Shown here: piece by piece, positions 9,745 to 18,536 of the stretch
Position numbering within the stretch: position 1 is the stretch's first letter
How the letters are laid out: the number at the start of each line of letters is the position of its first letter
Source of the DNA: Actinomycetales bacterium
GTDB taxonomy: Bacteria > Actinomycetota > Actinomycetes > Actinomycetales > CAVURS01
DNA: 64,000 nucleotides
Direction: 5' to 3'
Assembly: GCA_045807245.1 (NCBI GenBank)
Contig: JBJMHS010000011.1
Location: forward strand, 1 to 64,000
Notes under the pieces: model-generated
The model's input: only the letters and a program-made list of their open reading frames with translations
Database searches by the model: none
Told to the model about the DNA's origin: nothing
Made by a program: the position numbers and the translations under genes

Positions 9745-10461
9745 TCAGACCTCTTCTGGTTCCTCGTACCAGCGCATCCGCTCACCCACCGCACCGCGCA
9801 GCCGCGCCTTGATCGACGGCCGCAGCCCGGCCCACCGCTTGAGCAGCTCAGCCGCGCGCAGCGCGACCAGCTCGTCCTCGCTGCTCACGAGCTTTTCCAG
9901 GTTGAGGGACGCGGTGTGCAACAGCCCCCAGTCCTTGCGCAGGATGCTGCCGAGCTGCCCATCGACGGCGCCGATCGCCTTCCATTGGTCGGTGAGAAGA
10001 GCCGAGAGGTCACCCCGGTCCTTCTCCTCGATCTGCACGATCTGCAGCTTGCTCAACAGCAGGAGGGCGACCGGCAACGTCGTCGCCCCCGGGTGAAGGC
10101 TGCTCCCCCACATGATCGGGTGGCACAGCCGCATCTCGTCGACGAACACGTCCAAGTGCGAGCTATCCTCGTCGAAGAACCGCAGCCGCATACTGCCGTT
10201 CATCATGTTGAACTGCTTGTCGGCGCTGAACCTCTGGCTGACGATGAGCTCCTCGACGGCCCTCCGGCGCTTCGCGACGGTCGCCACGTCGATGTCGGCG
10301 AGCGACCTCGACCAACGTCCGCCGGGGCGGGCCGACGGGGACAGAATCTCGACCGCTGCCCCACCGAGGACGCCGAGCGGCAGGCCGGCGGCCGCCGCAG
10401 CGACCGCCAGCTCCTGCGCGCGCCGGGCGCGGGCGGACAGCGCCTCCTCTGCTTGGCTCAT
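9745..10461 (-). CDS. nucleotidyltransferase-superfamily protein
   Basis: GGAAV...DID catalytic-type motif, third acidic LDVF, C-terminal SKLQI..EKDRGD. Confidence 0.7.
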   Translation of the reverse strand: MSQAEEALSARARRAQELAVAAAAAGLPLGVLGGAAVEILSPSARPGGRWSRSLADIDVATVAKRRRAVEELIVSQRFSADKQFNMMNGSMRLRFFDEDSSHLDVFVDEMRLCHPIMWGSSLHPGATTLPVALLLLSKLQIVQIEEKDRGDLSALLTDQWKAIGAVDGQLGSILRKDWGLLHTASLNLEKLVSSEDELVALRAAELLKRWAGLRPSIKARLRGAVGERMRWYEEPEEV

Positions 10462-12104
10462 CAGTCCGGCGGGATCTCGCGGAAGGCCAGCGTCAGGTCG
10501 ACGTTCTCGCGGCGACGCACAACGACGGCGAGGTAGTAGAGCAGGACGCCGAACGGGAACATCGCGAGGCTGAACCAGAACATCCCCGGCTTGACCGAAG
10601 GGTCCACGCCCGAGAAGGGGTCACGGGCAAAGTTCCAGACGATGAGGAGAGCCGCGACGGCACCGAGCAGCCCGATCCAGGTGAGCCGGGGCAGGCCGAG
10701 GAACCGGCCTCGGATGGGCGCCGTCTCGTACTGGTCGCGGTACTTGAACGGCAGCCGCGCCGCCGCGAGGCAACCGATACCGAGCGTGATGACTTGGGCG
10801 AAGGCGCCGACGACGACGGTGAAGAAGTCCGTGTAGGCCCAGAACCACGATATGACAGCTGAAACCACCGTGACGACGATGACCGCAACGTACGGCGAAT
10901 TCGTGCGCGGGCTGACCTTGGCCAGCGCATCGGGCGCCACACGGTCCATCGACCAGCCGAACATGCACCGGGTCATGATCAGCAAGGACATGGGAACAGT
11001 TGGCAGCAGCCACGATCCGAAACCGATGATGATGAGCGCCCCCAACACGACATTGCCCGAGGAGCCGGCTGCGACCTCCATGTATGTCGGAGAGCCACCC
11101 AGCCCGAGCTTGGCCGGGTCCGCCGCGGAAACCGACCCGAGGAAGTCCGTGCCCAGCCTCGACAGGCTGATACCGATCAACAGGACCGAACCGATGACCG
11201 CCACGACTGCCGTCGCGGGACCGGCGAGCAACTGCGCCCGCTTGCCAGTCCGCACCTCGCCTGCGAAGTAGGCGGAGCCGAGGTAGTACGGCAGGGAGAA
11301 CGAGGGCCACGTCACGGCGAGGATGGTGGCGCCCAGCGAGAAGCTCGCGAGGGTGAACCCGTTGCTGGCCGCCGACGATGCGGCGGCGCGAGTCGCGTCG
11401 GTGACGCCTCCTGCGCCACGCACGTAGTCGTCGAAGTTGGCGTGCAGCCCCGACTTCGAGTGGAGCAGCATCGCGACGACGAATGCGAGCAAACCGAGTG
11501 CGCTCACCGGCAGGGTGTAGCGGAAGATCCGCAGGATCGAGCGGGTGTTGCGCAGGATGAACAGCAGGCCGAACCCGAGGACGAAGATCTCGCTGACTAT
11601 GAAGATTGACAGCGGCTCGACCAGAGTGTTGGCGAACGAGATGAGCCAGCTGCTTCCAGCCGATACCCCGACCAACCTGGCCAGCGGCGACAGGCACCAC
11701 AGGCAGAAGAAGTAGCCGGAGGACGTCAGGAACACGACCTGGAAGGCCACGAACACGAAGTTGGCGGCAAAGCCGAGCGCTGGATGCAGCAGCCGGCTGA
11801 TGAAGACGTAGTCGCCACCACTGCGGCGGAGCACCGAGCTCGCCACGGCGTACGCGAGCAGGATCGGCATGGCCAGCACCGCACCGATCAGGAGCGTCAG
11901 ATAGAGGTTCGCACCTGCATAGAACGGCAACACGATGCCGAGCAGGAACGAAACCATGATCGGGAAGGTCGCCGTGTAGAGGTTCACCAGAGAGGCGTCG
12001 AAGGTTGACGCCGCCCGGACCAGTCCGGACGAGCGCCGAGCGAAGACCTCGCTCCCGCCGGGCAGATCGCTCATTGAACCGACACGTGTCTGGTCCGTAG
12101 CCAT
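10461..12104 (-). CDS. APC-family amino acid/amine permease
   Basis: FARRSSGLVR N-terminus, RSGGDYVFISR motif, about 12 TM segments. Confidence 0.9.
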   Translation of the reverse strand: MATDQTRVGSMSDLPGGSEVFARRSSGLVRAASTFDASLVNLYTATFPIMVSFLLGIVLPFYAGANLYLTLLIGAVLAMPILLAYAVASSVLRRSGGDYVFISRLLHPALGFAANFVFVAFQVVFLTSSGYFFCLWCLSPLARLVGVSAGSSWLISFANTLVEPLSIFIVSEIFVLGFGLLFILRNTRSILRIFRYTLPVSALGLLAFVVAMLLHSKSGLHANFDDYVRGAGGVTDATRAAASSAASNGFTLASFSLGATILAVTWPSFSLPYYLGSAYFAGEVRTGKRAQLLAGPATAVVAVIGSVLLIGISLSRLGTDFLGSVSAADPAKLGLGGSPTYMEVAAGSSGNVVLGALIIIGFGSWLLPTVPMSLLIMTRCMFGWSMDRVAPDALAKVSPRTNSPYVAVIVVTVVSAVISWFWAYTDFFTVVVGAFAQVITLGIGCLAAARLPFKYRDQYETAPIRGRFLGLPRLTWIGLLGAVAALLIVWNFARDPFSGVDPSVKPGMFWFSLAMFPFGVLLYYLAVVVRRRENVDLTLAFREIPPD

Positions 12105-12120
12105 GCGTCGCACCTTTCGC

Positions 12121-13053
12121 TCATCCGGCAACTAGTTGACAGCGCTTGACCTTGCCCGGCTGGACCTCGAGAAGGACACCGAGCAACGACGCCTGGTCGT
12201 ACTCGCTTCCCGGGTTGACGACCGTCGTACGGCCCTGCTTGACGACGCCACGTCCCTCGTGAATGTGGCCATGAAGGCTGAGCAGCGGTTGGTACTCCGC
12301 GATGGACTTCGCCACCGCGGTCGAGCCCACCGGCACCAGATCGGGCTGGCCACCCACGAGCTGCACTTGCAGGTCGGGACTCAGCTGGGGCGCCGAGTCC
12401 AGCCCGCTGTCGTAGGGCGGGACGTGGATGTTGAAGATCGTGCGGCTCGGGTCGGTCGCCTCATGGAGAGCTCGCATCCGAGTGGTGAGCTGGTCCTCGC
12501 TGCACTCGCGGTTCGTGTGCCACGGAGTGATGTTGCTCCAGCCGAGGGACGCCAACGTGAACTCACCGAGGTCGAGCAGCCCATCGTTCGCGTAACCGAC
12601 GGGGTCCTGGTCCAGGTACGGCGGCATGTCGTCGAAGTCGTCGTTGCCCAGGCCGATGAGGAGGCGGGTTCCCGTCCCTCTCAAGCGGTCTACGGCGAGG
12701 TCGATCCACTCCTCGGTTCGTTCCAGGACGAGCCGGTGCAGCGTCTCCTCCACCACAGCCTGACTGCGTCGCAGCTCCTCGACGAAGTCGGGCGTCGTCC
12801 GCAGCGTGTACGTGCCGACGGTGGCCACCCGCCGCTCGAAGTCGGTGACCTCCTCCAGCGTCTCCAGCTCGAAGACGTTGCCACGGAAGCTCGCGCGCCA
12901 GCCCGTCCTCTCCGCCACGACCGGCACGAGCTCCTTGCCGGCGAGGTCGCCGCCCATGATGAGACAGTCGGCACCGTAGAAGGCGCCGGCGTTCACCAGC
13001 TTGCGGAAGCACGTGGTGGAGCCGTGGATGTCGGAGGCGAAGAAGATCCGCAT
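12121..13053 (-). CDS. calcineurin-like metallophosphoesterase (Icc-related)
   Basis: SDIHG, GGD, GNDD, IHVPP, HGHIHE, NPGS motifs. Confidence 0.9.
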   Translation of the reverse strand: MRIFFASDIHGSTTCFRKLVNAGAFYGADCLIMGGDLAGKELVPVVAERTGWRASFRGNVFELETLEEVTDFERRVATVGTYTLRTTPDFVEELRRSQAVVEETLHRLVLERTEEWIDLAVDRLRGTGTRLLIGLGNDDFDDMPPYLDQDPVGYANDGLLDLGEFTLASLGWSNITPWHTNRECSEDQLTTRMRALHEATDPSRTIFNIHVPPYDSGLDSAPQLSPDLQVQLVGGQPDLVPVGSTAVAKSIAEYQPLLSLHGHIHEGRGVVKQGRTTVVNPGSEYDQASLLGVLLEVQPGKVKRCQLVAG

Positions 13054-13099
13054 TACCTCGGTGTCCTGTCGACGAGGCCTGATGCACTGACGATGCCAG

Positions 13100-13138
13100 A
13101 ACATAAGGCGCCAAGAGCCTTGAGTCAAGCGCTTGACT
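13100..13138 (-). promoter_or_regulatory. sigma70-type promoter TTGACT-N17-TATGTT overlapped by LacI-type operator AGTCAAGCGCTTGACT
   Basis: Perfect 16-bp palindrome 13123-13138 with AAGCGCTT core covers the -35; -10 at 13105-13100. Confidence 0.8.
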
Positions 13139-13176
13139 GCCTCGGTGCGCTCATCCGGTCACCTGGGCGCGGCGGC

Positions 13177-14784
13177 TCAGCTCTTGCTCGTCGGCGGGGT
13201 GAAGTCGAAGGCCGGTAGGTCAGCCACGCATGAGGTGTCGGGGAGTCGGGACGGCCGGTCGAGGAACTCCGACGTGATGGCGCGGGCGCAGTCGCTGCCG
13301 GCGTTGTAGGACGCGAGCTGCAGATGCGCCGAGGCGGGGAACTCGACGTACAGCGAATGCGACAGCTTCTCCGTGATCTGGCGCACGACGTACGGCGGGA
13401 TCCCGGTGTCGTACTCGCCCGCGAGGACCAGTGTCGGCACGGCGCTGGCGACCGGCTCGAACTGCTGAGGGCCGGCGACCCCGACCTGCCACACCCGGCA
13501 GCCGGCCGGCGAGAAGGGGGACGAGAACCCGTCGGCCAGGTCGTAGTCGGGCGACAGGTACCGGGGCGCGAGCGCCGGGATGTCCCGGGCGGCTCGACGC
13601 AGGTCGGCCGGAGTGATGAAGCCGATCTGGTCGTGGCAGAGGTAGGACATCGACTTGCCTTGCGCGACAACGTCGTCGGTGTGGTCGTTCGTTACCGGCC
13701 CGGTGCCGAGCAGCCCGCGGTACACCGACACCAGCTGGCCATGCGTCTCGGCCCACATCATGTCGAGGAGCGGATGGATGTTCTCCGGGAAGTCGCGGTC
13801 GCCCGGGAAGATCTGGGTGAGCACGTCGTAGTAGAGGCCGACGCCGTCCAGGACCAGTCGCACCGGGTGTGGCCTGAACCGCGGGAGCGTGATCACCCGG
13901 GGGTGCGCGTTCATCTGGTCGACCATGGCGTAGAAGCGCTGGCGGATCCCCGGGTACGTGGTGCGGCAGGCATCGTTGGCCCGACAGCCCGCGAAGATCG
14001 CCTCCAGCTCCTGGGTCAGCCCGCGGTCGTAGTCGAGACCCCAGACCATGTTCGTGCTGGCGGCTGAGTCGAGGATGACGCTGCGGATGTGGCCGGGGAA
14101 CATGCGCAGGTAGGTCAGGCCCAGGACGCCGTCGGCGGACACTGCCAGCACATTCCAGCTGTCGACCCGCAGTGCGCGCCGGAGGGCGTCCAGGTCGGCG
14201 GCGCTCTCCGCCGAGTTGTACGCCGCGAGGTCGATCCCGCTTGCCTCCAGCCGGTTCCGGCAGTGACGGGTTGCGGTCGTGTAGATCGGCAGCGCCCGGC
14301 TGTTGAGCGAGCTGCCCGAGTAGAAGGCGCGCACCGACGCCCGGTCGAACTCCGGGCAGCCCAACCGCGGTGTCGAGAGCCCGGTGCCACGGGTGTCGAC
14401 CAGGACCAGGTCATGGTCCGCCGCGAAGTCCGCACCGGCGAAGTAGTAGTCCAGCGGGAAGGACCGGAGGGCACCGACGCTCGGACCGCCCTCGACGAAG
14501 ACGATCGGGTCGGGCGCGGGCTTGGGTGCGGTCGCATGGACCACCGCAGCAGCGACCGTGATCTGGCGGCTATCGGGCTTGGAGCGATCCTCCGGTACGA
14601 CGATGTAGCCGCAGTCGACGTCGCGGTCGGGCGGGAAGACGTCTGCGGGGCAGGCCCTCGACACGAAGCTCGGCCTCGGGTGAGCCGCCTGGGTCATCGG
14701 TGCGGCCTGTGCGACCGCGAGGGCCGGCACCGCGGTGAGGAGGGCGGTCGCAGCCGCAATCGCTCCGCGTTGGATTCTGTCCAT
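13177..14784 (-). CDS. secreted alpha/beta hydrolase (TAP-like family)
   Basis: Signal peptide, DCGYIVVPEDR, EGGP oxyanion region, DTRGTGLS, VPTLVLAGEYD, C-terminal His. Confidence 0.85.
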   Translation of the reverse strand: MDRIQRGAIAAATALLTAVPALAVAQAAPMTQAAHPRPSFVSRACPADVFPPDRDVDCGYIVVPEDRSKPDSRQITVAAAVVHATAPKPAPDPIVFVEGGPSVGALRSFPLDYYFAGADFAADHDLVLVDTRGTGLSTPRLGCPEFDRASVRAFYSGSSLNSRALPIYTTATRHCRNRLEASGIDLAAYNSAESAADLDALRRALRVDSWNVLAVSADGVLGLTYLRMFPGHIRSVILDSAASTNMVWGLDYDRGLTQELEAIFAGCRANDACRTTYPGIRQRFYAMVDQMNAHPRVITLPRFRPHPVRLVLDGVGLYYDVLTQIFPGDRDFPENIHPLLDMMWAETHGQLVSVYRGLLGTGPVTNDHTDDVVAQGKSMSYLCHDQIGFITPADLRRAARDIPALAPRYLSPDYDLADGFSSPFSPAGCRVWQVGVAGPQQFEPVASAVPTLVLAGEYDTGIPPYVVRQITEKLSHSLYVEFPASAHLQLASYNAGSDCARAITSEFLDRPSRLPDTSCVADLPAFDFTPPTSKS

Positions 14785-14834
14785 AACGCACCCCGCAGCC
14801 GCTCCGGCCCTGCGCACTCGAAGACTAGTCCTCC

Positions 14835-15863
14835 TCAGCGCGAAAGGAGGACCAGTTCGACGGAGACTGACGGCAGCACGACCTCCTGCGCGCTGCGCAT
14901 CGCCAGCCACACATGGTGACCGGGACCCAGGCTGGACAACGCCGTCGTATGCCCAGCCGCACTGCCGTCGCCTCCGACCCGTCCGGTCGGCAGCCGGCGT
15001 ACGACGTGGAAGCCACCGGTGGGATCAGCCTGGACCAGACCGAACTCGATCTCGTTGTCGCCCAACGACTCCGGCGGCATGACGCTGACGTCGGCCAGAT
15101 AGGCGCCCGGGCCGGTCACCATGTTGTATCCGCGGCGGGTGCCGACCGGCTCGCGCCAGAAGCCTCCGGTGTTCACCGAGGCGGAGCCGAACTGGACGTA
15201 ATGGGTCCGGCCCGCCGGCAGGACGACGTTCTCTGCCTGCACCACCGTGCGCGCGGGCAACGCGACGGCCGCGCCCGCCGTCGGGCGCTTGCCGACCTTC
15301 GCTGCCGGGCCACCAACCCGGATCGACTCTGGCGTGTGGCGGGGTAGAGGGCGAGCCCCCCGCTTGGCCAGGATGGCCGCCGCCCGCTTGTAGTCCGGGT
15401 TGCAGAAGCCCAGGATGCCGTCGTGCGGCCCGTGCGTCTTGCGCATGACCTGCCCCCCGGTTGGCGAGCCGCTCGGGTCGGTGTTGCCCTCGATGGTTTG
15501 GATACCGCCGTTCTTGAGCACCTTCTCGACCAGACCGATGTGGCTCGATCTGAAGATCACGAGTGAGCCGACGTGTGGAGTGTGAGCGAACCGACCTTGG
15601 TTCTTGAACCACCTCGTGGTGTTGGCGACGCTGGCGCTGTGCGGAAATATCGACGTGGACATGCCGGCGCGCTGGAAGCACCACCACTGGAACACCACGC
15701 ACCAGGCGCCGACGCGCGGGTCGTCGCTGGCCTTGCGATGGATCTCGCGGCCGTAGAACGCGGTGTTGTACTTGACGTTGTTGGATCCCCTCGGGTTCTC
15801 CGCGACCCTGAGCTTGGCCTGATGCCGGGCGACGGACAACAGCTGAGCGAGCGCGGGGTTCAC
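14835..15863 (-). CDS. CHAP-domain peptidoglycan hydrolase
   Basis: GSNxVKY, AWCxxF (catalytic Cys), HIGLV (His), TIEGNT; no signal peptide. Confidence 0.85.
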   Translation of the reverse strand: MNPALAQLLSVARHQAKLRVAENPRGSNNVKYNTAFYGREIHRKASDDPRVGAWCVVFQWWCFQRAGMSTSIFPHSASVANTTRWFKNQGRFAHTPHVGSLVIFRSSHIGLVEKVLKNGGIQTIEGNTDPSGSPTGGQVMRKTHGPHDGILGFCNPDYKRAAAILAKRGARPLPRHTPESIRVGGPAAKVGKRPTAGAAVALPARTVVQAENVVLPAGRTHYVQFGSASVNTGGFWREPVGTRRGYNMVTGPGAYLADVSVMPPESLGDNEIEFGLVQADPTGGFHVVRRLPTGRVGGDGSAAGHTTALSSLGPGHHVWLAMRSAQEVVLPSVSVELVLLSR

Positions 15864-17251
15864 TGCACTCCTCCAGGGGCGGTGCCAGTCCCGACGGCCG
15901 GCTCCGGCTCGCGCACCGACACCGCGTCACCGTCACCCAGACCGGCGCCCGAAGCCTCGAGCTCGTTGGGGTCCTCCTCGTTGGGGTCCTCGTCGTCCGA
16001 GAGGTCATCCAACAGCGTGCCGGAGTCGTCGAACTCGCTGTCGTCGGGGTCGTCAAGAGCTACCTCCACCGGACCACCTTCGACCGCATCGGGATCGGGG
16101 TCCTCGAGCACGACCACGTCGTCGTCAGCGTCGACGTCGGCCGCACTGCCGGCCGTCCCGGCCGGGAGGCCGCCGGGCAGAGAAGTGCTGGGGCGCGACC
16201 CGGCCGAGTCCTTGCTCGGCACGCTGGCGAGGATGTTCTGGCCCTGGCGGTCGACCAGGCCGGTCAACAGCTGCTGCGCGTAGCCGAACACCAACGCGTA
16301 GGCGAGGATCTGCTCCTGCGAGTCCAGGATGCTGAGCCCCGGCACGAAGTCTCCGCGGATCGCCACCAGGGCCGCGATCGCCGTCAGGGCGCCGGTCGGC
16401 ACCTTGAGGAAGGCCAGCGAGGTCGGCACGTCGTACGGCGTCGACGTCCCCCGCACGTTGCGCAGCGAGATGGCCGACGCGAGGCCGGCGCCGAGGATCC
16501 CGAGCAGGGCCACCACCAGCACGTCACGGCCGGCTGGGCCTCCGCTCGCCTGTCCGCCGGATGTCACCGCCGTCTCCGAGGTGGGGCAGATCGTCCGGGT
16601 CGTGCTGGTCGCGCTGCCCGCCGAAGGGGCGCCGGTGGCGGCACTGGCGCCGGCCACTTCGGTGGACGTGAAACACAGCGGTACGGCGTTCGGGTGCGTG
16701 GAGACGTAGGCCGCGAAGGCGATCAGGAAGATGGTGAGCACCGACGCGGCCATCAGGACGACGTTGCGGAAGCTGCGCACGCGCGAATGGGACTGGTCGG
16801 CCGCCGAGTACCCCGTCTCGATCAGCTTGCGTACGCTCGCGGCGTCCAACGAGCCGGTGGCCGTCGCCATCCGCCGGGCCTCGGCTCGGCGCGGGTCGTC
16901 CTGCTGCAAACCCTCCTCGATCCGGGCCAGCGCCTCGGGCAGCTCGGCACGCAGCTCCTGCTCGTCGTACAGCTGGACGATCTCCGCCTTCGCGGCGTGC
17001 AGGTTCTGGTACCCCGCCTCGACCAACGTGCCGCGCCACCAGTTCGGGAGGCGCCGCGGCTGCGGGTCGATCCGGTACGCCGCGTTGGCCGCGCGCTCGA
17101 GCAGGGAGCGGACGCCGGCCTCGACCGCTTCGGCCTCGGGATCGGTGAAACCCAGGCGGCGGGCCCGCAGCGCGTCGAGCCGCATCCGCAGCCGGATCTC
17201 CTCGACCGCGACGTTCTGAACCCAGATGCGACGGTTGGGCTGAGCTGCCAT
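15860..17251 (-). CDS. membrane protein with acidic C-terminal tail
   Basis: GGAGG + ATG 17251; 3-4 TM segments; D/E-rich tail; GTGA overlap with CHAP gene. Confidence 0.8.
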   Translation of the reverse strand: MAAQPNRRIWVQNVAVEEIRLRMRLDALRARRLGFTDPEAEAVEAGVRSLLERAANAAYRIDPQPRRLPNWWRGTLVEAGYQNLHAAKAEIVQLYDEQELRAELPEALARIEEGLQQDDPRRAEARRMATATGSLDAASVRKLIETGYSAADQSHSRVRSFRNVVLMAASVLTIFLIAFAAYVSTHPNAVPLCFTSTEVAGASAATGAPSAGSATSTTRTICPTSETAVTSGGQASGGPAGRDVLVVALLGILGAGLASAISLRNVRGTSTPYDVPTSLAFLKVPTGALTAIAALVAIRGDFVPGLSILDSQEQILAYALVFGYAQQLLTGLVDRQGQNILASVPSKDSAGSRPSTSLPGGLPAGTAGSAADVDADDDVVVLEDPDPDAVEGGPVEVALDDPDDSEFDDSGTLLDDLSDDEDPNEEDPNELEASGAGLGDGDAVSVREPEPAVGTGTAPGGVQ

Positions 17252-17437
17252 GACGCCTCCCCACGACCCTCGGTGCACCAGGTGGAGGAGTGCCGAGTCG
17301 GGTCTGGCGATACGTCGTGCGGAGCGCGAGGAGTCGCCGTCGTACCGATCTCGGCGCCCCCGACCAGGTCGTGGGGCCACCGTAATGCGCACCGGCCAGC
17401 AGCGGCAGCCCTTTCCTCACGCCTCTATGGTGATCCG

Positions 17438-17872
17438 ATGGCGTCGGTCAAGGAGTTCCAAGTCACGTTCGACTGCGCAGATCCTGAGCGCGTCGCTCGT
17501 TTCTGGTGCGAGGTGTTGGGGTACGTCGTCCCCGCGCCACCGGAGGGGTTTGTCAGCTGGGAGGAGTTCGAGCGCACGCTGCCACCGGAGAAGCAGGGTT
17601 CGGCATTCGCCTGCGTCGACCCCTCGGGGGTCGGTCCGCGCCTGTTCTTCCAGCGCGTCCCCGAAGGCAAGCTGGTGAAGAACCGCGTGCATCTCGACGT
17701 GCGGGTCGGCACCGGGCTGGTCGGTGAAGAGCGGCTGGCAGCACTTGAGGCCGAGTGCGCACGACTGGTCCCGCTGGGCGCGGTCCGCGGACGGCTGCTG
17801 GTCGCCGATGAGGAGAACGAGTCGTGCCTCAACATGCAGGACGTCGAGGGCAACGAGTTCTGCCTCGACTGA
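17438..17872 (+). CDS. VOC (glyoxalase-like) family protein
   Basis: QVTFDCADP, FFQRVPEGK..KNRVHLD, DVEGNEFC. Confidence 0.92.
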   Translation: MASVKEFQVTFDCADPERVARFWCEVLGYVVPAPPEGFVSWEEFERTLPPEKQGSAFACVDPSGVGPRLFFQRVPEGKLVKNRVHLDVRVGTGLVGEERLAALEAECARLVPLGAVRGRLLVADEENESCLNMQDVEGNEFCLD

Positions 17873-18016
17873 GTGACTCAACCCCTCGCACAGGAACGGG
17901 CAGAGGCCACCTTGCCGTGGTGACCGTCGCTTTGACGAAGTCTTAGCAGTTGGTGGCAGGAGCGGTTATCGCGTCGCCGAGCAACGTGGTCGTCGTCCAA
18001 CACCAACCTGTGGGAG

Positions 18017-18433
18017 ATGATCATGTCCGTTCGTCAGATCGCCGTAGCAGTGCCAGTCGTCCTCCTCCTCGGCATCCCCCTGTCCGCGTCCGCAGCGTCG
18101 GCGTCGTCGGGGTCGAGCAAGGGAGGCGACGGCGTGCGCGCGGCCGGAAGCTGCAGCTCCGGGGGCACCTGGAAGCTCAAGGCGAAGCACGACGATGCGC
18201 GCATCGACGTCGAGGCCGAGGTCGACACCAACCGGGTGGGCCAGACCTGGTCGTGGCGGATCAGCGACAACGGGGTCCAGGTCGCATCCGGTACCGCGAA
18301 GACCGTGGCACCGAGCGGGTCGTTCACCGTCGAGCGTCGGATCGCCAACCGCGCGGGCGCCGACCGCATGGCGCTCCGGGCCACCAATGCCGCGACCGGG
18401 CAGGTCTGCACGGGCACGGTGTCCCTGGCCTGA
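18017..18433 (+). CDS. small secreted hypothetical protein
   Basis: Signal peptide ending ASA; beta-rich domain with terminal Cys pair. Confidence 0.75.
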   Translation: MIMSVRQIAVAVPVVLLLGIPLSASAASASSGSSKGGDGVRAAGSCSSGGTWKLKAKHDDARIDVEAEVDTNRVGQTWSWRISDNGVQVASGTAKTVAPSGSFTVERRIANRAGADRMALRATNAATGQVCTGTVSLA

Positions 18434-18449
18434 TCGGCCCTCAGCAGCT

Positions 18450-18487
18450 CAGGCCCGGACCCGGCCGCTCGGCCGGGTCCGAGCCTG
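18450..18487 (+). terminator. GC-rich hairpin, probable terminator
   Basis: CAGGCCCGGACCCGGCCG-CT-CGGCCGGGTCCGAGCCTG just after the 18433 stop. Confidence 0.55.
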
Positions 18488-18536
18488 GCCCGTGCGAGGG
18501 GTGCCGCGAGCGGCCGTGATCGCCGATCATGGGGCG

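Noticed and set aside
14835..17251. Prophage lysis cassette
   Set aside because: No structural, integrase or replication genes in the neighbourhood
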